Source: Candidatus Levybacteria bacterium RIFCSPLOWO2_02_FULL_37_18 (GTDB lineage Bacteria > Patescibacteriota > Microgenomatia > Levybacterales > UBA12049). From it: DNA of 64,000 nucleotides. A program made the translations under genes and the position numbers. The stretch covers positions 7,520 through 71,519 of the forward strand of contig MFPD01000009.1 of assembly GCA_001784115.1 (NCBI GenBank). The letters are read 5' to 3'. Positions 57,861-64,000 of the stretch are shown in pieces. The notes beneath the pieces were generated by a model. It searched no databases and had not been told where the DNA came from. It saw only the letters and a list, made by a program, of their open reading frames with translations. Numbering within the stretch: position 1 is the stretch's first letter; each line of letters opens with the position of its first letter.

Positions 57861-59295
57861 AGGATTTTAGTTTAAGAACTTCGTTCTTAAACTGTTCTCC
57901 TCTCACTTTATAATTCGGGAACATGTCAAAGCTTGAACATGCCGGAGAAAGAAGTACTACGTCTCCCGGCTCTGCAATTTTAGAAGCAGTTGTCACAATC
58001 GTCTTCATATCCTTAGCTCCCTCGATCATATACTTAATATTTGATACATGATACTTAATACTTTCTTTTATCCGTGGCCATTCAAGACCAATTCCTATAA
58101 TTGCTTTTATATTTTTTTTAGAACTGATAACTCGACCAAGTTCTGTAAAGTCCGAACCTTTATGCGCTCCGCCTAAAATTAAAATCTCGGGTTCTTTAAA
58201 CGCTTCTATTGCCGCAATAGCAGTTTCCGGAGTTGTAGAAAAAGAATCGTCATAATATTTTACTCCTCCAACTTCTCCAACCAATTCCAATCGGTGTTCT
58301 AATCCCCTAAATTCTCTAAGAACACTCACTATTGCTTTTGTCGACACTCCCGCAAGTTTAGCTGCCATCACTGCCGCACATACATTTTCCCAGTTGTATT
58401 TACCAAGCAGCAAAATATCCCTAGTATCTATAATTTCGACTTCAGAAAACTCAGAAGACTCAGTGGACCGGTAATTCAGAGATGTCTGATTATCAGAATT
58501 TCTGAGCTTCTGATTTACTGATGTGCCGAGTTTTCCGAGTATTCTGAGAATAACTTTTCCATTCCTCACAAAACAACCTTCTTCACATTCTCTTTCACGA
58601 CTAACTTGATATATTCTCCCCTTTGTGTGAGTATCTGATTCGTGCGTTGCAGGATAGTCTCTATTTAAAATGGCAAAGTCATCTTTGGTTTGAAACCGAA
58701 GAATGTTTCGTTTGGAATTAACATACTCTTCGAGACTCTCGTGATAATTTTGATCTGCCAGTTCTTTCTTGTCTGGCGCCAAATGTTCTTGTGTCACCAT
58801 AAGTATTACTGCAATATGCGGGCTTTTTGTAAGGTCTTCAAGCTGGTAACTGGAGAGTTCTAACACTACTTTTGAATGAGCATTTAGTGTGTCCAAAAAT
58901 TCAAATGGAGGCCTACCAATATTACCACCTATATAAGCATCAAAGCCTTGTTTTTTACACATTTCATAGATTAAAGCAGCTGTTGTCCCCTTTCCTTTTG
59001 TTCCAGTGATACCAATAATAGGACAAGGACATAAATCAAAAAAAAGTTTGGTTTGAGAGGTAATTGCTACTTCTTTTTGTTTGGCTTGAACAATTTGGGG
59101 TAGATTTCTCTTAATTCCTGGTGATCTGATCATCATGTCATACCCCTTAAGGTTCTTCAAGTAATCTTTCCCCTGATTTTGATCAAGACCGGTAACCTCT
59201 GCACCATGTTTTTTAAGATATGCTATACTTGATAATCCCTCTATCCCCATCCCAATTACCGCAATTTTTTTATCTTTTAAGTCAATCATATTCAT
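57859..59295 (-). CDS. murD: UDP-N-acetylmuramoylalanine--D-glutamate ligase with an in-frame TCAGAA-word palindromic insertion
   Basis: GITGTKGKGTT P-loop, DSFSTTPET. The insert TSVNQKLRNSDNQTSLNYRSTESSEFSEVEIID is encoded by 58441-58555. Confidence 0.8.
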   Translation of the reverse strand: MNMIDLKDKKIAVIGMGIEGLSSIAYLKKHGAEVTGLDQNQGKDYLKNLKGYDMMIRSPGIKRNLPQIVQAKQKEVAITSQTKLFFDLCPCPIIGITGTKGKGTTAALIYEMCKKQGFDAYIGGNIGRPPFEFLDTLNAHSKVVLELSSYQLEDLTKSPHIAVILMVTQEHLAPDKKELADQNYHESLEEYVNSKRNILRFQTKDDFAILNRDYPATHESDTHTKGRIYQVSRERECEEGCFVRNGKVILRILGKLGTSVNQKLRNSDNQTSLNYRSTESSEFSEVEIIDTRDILLLGKYNWENVCAAVMAAKLAGVSTKAIVSVLREFRGLEHRLELVGEVGGVKYYDDSFSTTPETAIAAIEAFKEPEILILGGAHKGSDFTELGRVISSKKNIKAIIGIGLEWPRIKESIKYHVSNIKYMIEGAKDMKTIVTTASKIAEPGDVVLLSPACSSFDMFPNYKVRGEQFKNEVLKLKS

Positions 59296-59315
59296 ACAAC
59301 TAATATACCAGTATA

Positions 59316-60165
59316 TTAGTTGTGATCCAAATTCACAGTTTCTACCATATCAATAAACCTAGACTCTATAAGCTTCTCTGCTATTATACTAAATGTATCT
59401 TTCTCTCCTGTTATGTAGAATCGATATGATGGAATCCCTTTAGATGCAATAACCCCTTCTGCACATAGAATTCTCTTAACTTGTTGTGCAATCGCTTCCC
59501 CGCTATCTAAAGTCTCAACATTAGTACCCAAAATTTCTTGAATCTGATTTTTTATGAGCGTAAAATGAGTACAACCCAACGCTATAGCGTTGGGTTGTAC
59601 TTTTATAAAAGGCTTAAGAACTTGTTTTAAAATATTTCTAAACTTATTGCTGTTAATTTCTGCTTTTTCAATAAGAGGAACAAGTTTATCTGTACCTATG
59701 TTTATTACCTCACAATCACTCGCAAACTGCTTAATTAAGTTTTTTTGATACTCCCCACTTGCCGCTGTTCGTTTAGTAGAAAGAATACCAATTCGTTTGT
59801 TCTCTGACCTTTCAACCGCAGTTTTTATAACTGGAACTGTACCCACAATGGGAATTTTGGGAAAATCTTCACGCAGTTGGTCTAAACAAGACACTGTAAT
59901 AGTATTACAAGCCAATACAATTAGCTTACAATGTTTTTTATGAGGAATTGAACTAATCCCCCCCCCTCTTAGCTAGAAAATATATTTCTTCCTCTGATTT
60001 GCTTCCATAAGGGCAATTTTTAGAATCAGCTATATAAATTGTTGATTCATTAGGCATTTGTGAGGCTATTTCTTTCCAAATGGACAAACCGCCAACCCCT
60101 GAATCTAGTATCCCAATCGGCTGATTATTATCTATCCTTGTCATCATAAACTGTGAAATTGTCAT
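59316..60165 (-). pseudogene. murI: glutamate racemase murI interrupted by a frameshift in a C9 homopolymer (59962-59970)
   Basis: The N-terminal ORF ([14 protein letters not shown]...[18 protein letters not shown]) ends at TAG right after G9 on the coding strand. Removing one G gives continuous ...[28 protein letters not shown]..., joining the 199-aa C-terminal ORF that carries the ACNT and GCTH catalytic Cys motifs. Confidence 0.6.
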
Positions 60166-60229
60166 CCTGAACTCGTTTCAGGATCTTTTTGAGGGGAAAC
60201 GAGATGCTGAACTAAATTCAGCATGACAT
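60160..60229. repeat. GTCAT-family palindromic element (gtcatcctgaactcgtttcaggatc...gctgaactaaattcagcatgaca)
   Basis: inverted termini. Confidence 0.65.
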
Positions 60230-60247
60230 GGAGAAAGGTTATTCTGT

Positions 60248-60504
60248 TGCGGGGTCGGTATCGAAACCGAACTGTGAGATTATGCAACTGTTTCTCTGAT
60301 TACTCAGAGTGTCGGACTATATCATGTCCGGTGTAACAACCGAACCTCAGCGTATAGTCTCTACGGTGTCCCCGATTAAATCGGGGTTCCCTCGGTGTTC
60401 TCCTCCAATTAAAGTAGGAATTCACCGATATAGCTGAGTTCTCTTTCATTATTACTAATAAAAGGGCCCAATTTGAGCCTCACGTGCACCTTACACTACC
60501 CCGC
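60248..60504 (-). tRNA. candidate tRNA (anticodon CAU after splicing; Ile2/Met type) interrupted in the anticodon loop by a ~191-nt compact group I intron
   Basis: 5' half GCGGGGTAGTGTAAGGTGCACGTGAGGCT (7-nt acceptor, D-arm, anticodon stem TGAGG, U33). 3' half CATAATCTCACAGTTCGGTTTCGATACCGACCCCGCA (T-loop TTCGATA; acceptor ACCCCGC pairs perfectly with GCGGGGT). The intervening 60285-60475 has a group I R-like TAGAGACTATACG and an S-like GACATGATATAGTCCGAC, and ends in G. The mature tRNA would be unusually short (~66 nt). Confidence 0.35.
60285..60475 (-). mobile_element. compact group I intron-like element of the same family as the ORF-less 23S introns
   Basis: Shared motifs CGGACTATATCAT and CGTATAGTCTCT with 10230-10300 and 10600-10640. 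Confidence 0.5.
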
Positions 60505-60616
60505 GTGTAATCTACATACTAACAAATTCAAAAACATTAGTCAATAAAAATTGCATAAAATATATAGTTAATAAATCCTTATTGACACATAGCACTATAA
60601 ATTTCATAATTAAAAC

Positions 60617-61015
60617 ATGCGTTATTCTCCATCGGTAAAGAATTCCGTCAGACAATTTCGTAGAAAAGGCTGGAGCTTAAACCAAATAAAGGCAGAAACT
60701 CGAACTCCGATAACAACTATTAGAACCTGGATTTCAGATATTGTCTTATCAAAAGAGCAGCAAGATATTTTGGAAAAAAGAATTCAAACTGCTCTTCAAG
60801 GAGGAAGAGCACGTGTTCAGACCTTATGGAAAGAAGAAAGGTTGCAGAAAGAAAAGATATTGCTTCAAAAAGGGAAAGCTAGTATTGCAAATTTAACTCG
60901 AAGGGAATTTTTTATTGCAGGAATCGCTCTCTACTGGGCTGAAGGGTTTAAAAATCTACATGAACGCCGGCTCGGCTTTTGTAATTCAGATCCGGAAATG
61001 ATTCTTTTTTGCTAA
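60617..61015 (+). CDS. HTH-domain protein fragment (possible remnant of a transposase or integrase-associated gene)
   Basis: N-terminal FRRKGWSLNQIKAETRTPITTIRTWI has a resolvase/IS30-like HTH pattern. It ends abruptly (MILFC), next to a tRNA gene. Confidence 0.3.
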   Translation: MRYSPSVKNSVRQFRRKGWSLNQIKAETRTPITTIRTWISDIVLSKEQQDILEKRIQTALQGGRARVQTLWKEERLQKEKILLQKGKASIANLTRREFFIAGIALYWAEGFKNLHERRLGFCNSDPEMILFC

Positions 61016-61321
61016 GAAAAGCACTTAGAATAAACAAGGAAAGCCTAATAGCGAGGCTTACTCTCAATGCGTCCTATAAATCATGAACTAAAGAGTTGGA
61101 GGAATATTGGTCTAATTTTACTGGTATACCATTACATCGATTTACAAAAACCTTTTATCAAAATACAGCATGGAAGAAACAATATAACACTAGAAACAAT
61201 ATAACACTGACAATTATCATGGTGTATTAAGAATTCATGTAAAAGATAGTCTTAATTGTTTATTAACAATGCGAGGGTGGATTCAAGGAATGAAATCTGC
61301 TAAAATGAGCAAGTGTGTTTA

Positions 61322-61393
61322 GCCAGGGTAGCTCAATGGTGGAGCAGAGTCTTCATAAGGCTACGGCTGTGGGTCCGAATCCCACCCCTGGTA
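61322..61393 (+). tRNA. tRNA-Met (anticodon CAU; elongator or Ile2 type)
   Basis: GCCAGGGTAGCTCAATGGTGGAGCAGAGTCTTCATAAGGCTACGGCTGTGGGTCCGAATCCCACCCCTGGTA. Cloverleaf with a 7-bp acceptor stem and anticodon loop TTCATAA. It lacks the initiator features C1-A72 and three G-C pairs in the anticodon stem. Confidence 0.8.
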
Positions 61394-61576
61394 CATAGTC
61401 CCGAGTGGCGGGGCGGTGCGAATATATGACGAAAACAAATAAACCCGTTACAATGTACATACATGAGCAAAACAAACACAATGATGGAAATGGTGCAACC
61501 CTCTTTTCGGAGGATTGTGATTTAGTTTCTAAACACTATTTCCCAAATCTCCTTTCAGGAGGTTTTTTATTGAAAA

Positions 61577-62359
61577 ATGAACAAAACAGTAGTTTTAATT
61601 TCAGATTACGGAGCTGGTGATCCTTCTTTTACCGAAGTAATTCTCAAATTAAGAGCTTTGCTTCCTGACGTGTATTTTATCCCTCACGCTACTCCGCCGT
61701 TTAGCACCATAAATACTGGTTTTTGGATTAATCAAATTGCTCTTGAATCTGGAATTGCACATACGTATATCTATTCCAATACTGCTCCGCGAAAAGAGAA
61801 TCCTCACGCCCAAAAAGAAAATGATGGAGAAAAACTCATGTACGTAAAACTTACCAACGGATTTGAGATTATGGCTGTAAATGCAGGCTATGTATTCTCC
61901 TTTGTCAAACCATTTATCAAAGAGTTTTATTATGTTAATGTCAACAACAATGGTTCACAATTCAGATCGAGAGATAATTACCCCATGGTAGTAGCCAAAA
62001 TGGTAAAAGAAAACATATCTTTTTTAGACAAAAAGGAGGAGAAAAGCATTATTCCCGACTATCCGGATAATATGATTGCTTCTATTGACGGATATGGCAA
62101 TATAAAAACAACAATCAGAAAGTCAAAGGTGAGTTTTAAATTTGGAGAAACAGTCACCATTACCATTAACAATAAAACCTTAAGCGCTATCTATTCTGAC
62201 GGCATATTTAACGCGGAAAATAGTATTCTCGTAGTTGCTCCAGGCTCTTCCGGATACGATGACAGATTTATCGAAATAGTATTTCTGGGCGGAAGCGCTG
62301 CTAAACTCTTTGACAACCCAATAGTTGAAACCCCTTTTATCCTCCAAAAAACAAAGTAA
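61577..62359 (+). CDS. SAM hydrolase / SAM-dependent halogenase family protein (DUF62; 5'-fluoro/chloro-adenosine synthase-like fold)
   Basis: VVLISDYGAGDPSFTEVILKL N-terminal motif and ILVVAPGSSGYDDRFIEIVFLGGSAAKLF C-terminal motif. Confidence 0.6.
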   Translation: MNKTVVLISDYGAGDPSFTEVILKLRALLPDVYFIPHATPPFSTINTGFWINQIALESGIAHTYIYSNTAPRKENPHAQKENDGEKLMYVKLTNGFEIMAVNAGYVFSFVKPFIKEFYYVNVNNNGSQFRSRDNYPMVVAKMVKENISFLDKKEEKSIIPDYPDNMIASIDGYGNIKTTIRKSKVSFKFGETVTITINNKTLSAIYSDGIFNAENSILVVAPGSSGYDDRFIEIVFLGGSAAKLFDNPIVETPFILQKTK

Positions 62360-62675
62360 CCCATTTCTGCCACGTTTGTATCTTAATTCGTTTTTTAGCA
62401 TTTGCTGCTTTTTGTTCTTGCGGGATTAAGATTTCTGACTCGTTTGGCTTTGCCATAAAGAGTTTATTGCGCGCCTGAGTTTCTATGTATTCTGTTTTTT
62501 TGACCTCTGAAAGCTGCTTTTTTAAGATTTCATTTTCTTTTTTCTCTTTTCCAAGCGTGATCCGCGCTTGAACAAATAAGTCCTGTTTTTTCCACAATGA
62601 ATAAATTGAAGTAACCAAATTATTAATAATAATTACGCACAAGATAAGGGTAAGAATTGAAAGGACTTTTTTCAT
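62337..62675 (-). CDS. FtsB/DivIC-like septum-formation protein (N-terminal TM helix plus coiled coil)
   Basis: MKKVLSILTLILCVIIINNLVTSIYSLWKKQDLFVQARITLGKEKKENEILKKQLSEVKK. Confidence 0.5.
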   Translation of the reverse strand: MKKVLSILTLILCVIIINNLVTSIYSLWKKQDLFVQARITLGKEKKENEILKKQLSEVKKTEYIETQARNKLFMAKPNESEILIPQEQKAANAKKRIKIQTWQKWVTLFFGG

Positions 62676-62721
62676 ATTGACTGCCAGCCTCATTTGTGAT
62701 ATTATAGGATAGTTATTTGAA

Positions 62722-63582
62722 ATGAAGCTGATTAGTATTACCGATGCCCACCAACAATTTAAAAACTACCTGACCCAAAACAACCATTCGGCCTCAACTA
62801 TTGTAGCATACAGTAAGGATATTGCCCAACTAGTTGCCTTTTTGGCTGAAATTAAAAAAGCACAAATAACCGAAGTTTCCAAGGAAGACATTGAAAGCTT
62901 TCTTGAAAAACTTTCTAAAACCGGCTATACTCCCAAGTCAATTTCACGCAAAATCAATTCAATTCGCACATTTTATAGGTTTTTAAAATCCCAGGATTAT
63001 ATCAATCAAGATCCCTCCCTTTTAGTTCCTCATCCCCGGTATGAACTTGCTCCCCCGCGCATTCTAACCCCAACAGAATATAGAGCGCTAAGGGATGCAG
63101 CCAGAAACGAAGCTAGAATGTTTGCGGTAATAGAACTGTTGCTCCAAACCGGCATTCGTATTGGGGAGCTTGCCAGCATTCGTCTTTCGGATATCCAAGG
63201 CGATGAACTGGTTATAAAACCATTTGAAAAACACGAGGAAAGAAGAGTTCCCTTAAATAAATCCGCTAAAGATGCGTTAGAACGGTATCTTAAAATAAGA
63301 CCTCAAGTTCCGGAAGAAAGAATTTTTATCACCAAATCAGGCAAACCGTTTTTAGTCAGAAATATTAGAACAGCAGTTGAAAGGTATTTCAGGCTTGCAG
63401 AAATCAAAAATGCTAAAGTCAATGACCTCAGACACACTTTTGTTGCCCATCACCTAAAACACGGCGTATCTTTAGTGCTTTTATCCAAAATCTTAGGCCA
63501 CAAGCGATTATCAACAACTGAAAGATACCTCGAATACGTCCCCGACCGTGGCAAAGAAACCTCAACCATGACGGAACTGTAA
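62722..63582 (+). CDS. xerD: tyrosine site-specific recombinase XerC/XerD
   Basis: R...HxxR...Y catalytic set: ELLLQTGIRIGELASI, HDLRHTFVAHHLKHG, LLSKILGHKRLSTTERY. Confidence 0.8.
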   Translation: MKLISITDAHQQFKNYLTQNNHSASTIVAYSKDIAQLVAFLAEIKKAQITEVSKEDIESFLEKLSKTGYTPKSISRKINSIRTFYRFLKSQDYINQDPSLLVPHPRYELAPPRILTPTEYRALRDAARNEARMFAVIELLLQTGIRIGELASIRLSDIQGDELVIKPFEKHEERRVPLNKSAKDALERYLKIRPQVPEERIFITKSGKPFLVRNIRTAVERYFRLAEIKNAKVNDLRHTFVAHHLKHGVSLVLLSKILGHKRLSTTERYLEYVPDRGKETSTMTEL

Positions 63583-63584
63583 CC

Positions 63585-63815
63585 ATGACAGCTGAATTTT
63601 CTCAACCTATCGATATAAGACAAACAATGGTAGGAAAAGTTCCGGATGATATTATCAAACGCTTAAATGAAAAAGGACTTCAATTAGATTATGGAAATCA
63701 CATTCCCTCATTTTTAGTTTTATCAGAGTATTTTGGTGGTAATCCCCGGTTCACCTTAGAATTTCTACATAGAGGTTTAAAAACAATTACCATGACCTAT
63801 ACTGACTATTGGTAA
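63585..63815 (+). CDS. hypothetical protein (76 aa)
   Basis: ORF only; follows xerD with a 3-nt gap. Confidence 0.3.
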   Translation: MTAEFSQPIDIRQTMVGKVPDDIIKRLNEKGLQLDYGNHIPSFLVLSEYFGGNPRFTLEFLHRGLKTITMTYTDYW

Positions 63816-64000
63816 GATCGGCTTTCAATCTATAACCAAAGGGCAGAAAAAATATACCACAAATTGATATTCCTAAAACTCTTCAAGTACTTACTGAATT
63901 TGAAGATGAAAAACATTTGGATGAAATTGCAACAAAATTAAAAGCAATTGCCCAAAAAGAAGATATTGCTAGTTCTGTTGAGGAAATTACCCGTCTTAGC

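Noticed and set aside
60236-60500. The intergenic structured region upstream of murI considered as tmRNA, RNase P RNA or SRP RNA
   Set aside because: It lacks the conserved RNase P (GGAAAGTCCGG / AGGGTGAAA) and SRP motifs, and has no tmRNA 3' tRNA-like end. The shared CGGACTATATCAT / CGTATAGTCTCT motifs place it with the group I intron family instead.

Overview
This is a low-GC bacterial window of 64 kb. It looks CPR-like (Microgenomates/Parcubacteria-type) by inference from several traits: introns in the rRNA gene, an rRNA locus with no adjacent 16S gene, start codons placed as if on leaderless transcripts, and a small, compact gene set.

The main contents, in order:
- 835-6093: a 1752-aa secreted, Cys-rich, modular surface protein.
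- ~7.1-13.4 kb, minus strand: a tRNA-Ala(UGC)-23S-5S rRNA locus. The 23S gene is stretched to about 5.8 kb. It carries four group I introns, one with a four-helix-bundle ORF and one with a frameshifted LAGLIDADG homing endonuclease. It also carries at least three intervening-sequence-like insertions, two of them near-identical copies about 165 bp long.
- 13.8-16.7 kb: rpoD, trxB and trxA.
- 17.0-17.7 kb and 36.2-36.8 kb: a Phd/PIN and a Phd/RelE toxin-antitoxin pair. A Fic protein lies nearby at 37.5-38.5 kb.
- 19.7-27.9 kb, minus strand: a long copper-homeostasis gene array (CsoR, DUF1573, a CcdA-like protein, DUF2933, CopA, a cupredoxin-membrane fusion, CopZ, DUF3105). Its promoter and CsoR operator face a leaderless dsbA-like gene on the opposite strand.
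- 28.9-49.9 kb: housekeeping genes (ZIP transporter, pth, a phosphoribosyltransferase, a PHP protein, an MBL-fold protein, ATP-dependent DNA ligase, nnr, recF, pyrH, a GT4 glycosyltransferase, a 5'-3' exonuclease, ftsH).
- 50.0-53.8 kb: an accessory block of hypothetical proteins, including an orphan OmpR-type winged-helix regulator.
- 53.8-64 kb: trpS, an MFS transporter, tgt, murD, a frameshifted murI, a candidate tRNA interrupted by a compact group I intron, tRNA-Met, a DUF62 SAM hydrolase, an FtsB-like protein and xerD.

The most striking feature of the whole window is a set of short palindromic, low-complexity repeat families: GTCATTGCGAGG...CGCAATGAC and its GTCATCCTGAG / GTCATTCTGAA variants, GTGAACTGTGAAC / AGTTAGTT, GAAATTTGAAATT, and CCTGCCTGTCGACAGGCAGG / ACAGAAGACAGAA. 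They occur in intergenic terminator positions, in rRNA insertions, and as in-frame translated insertions in at least 15 protein-coding genes.
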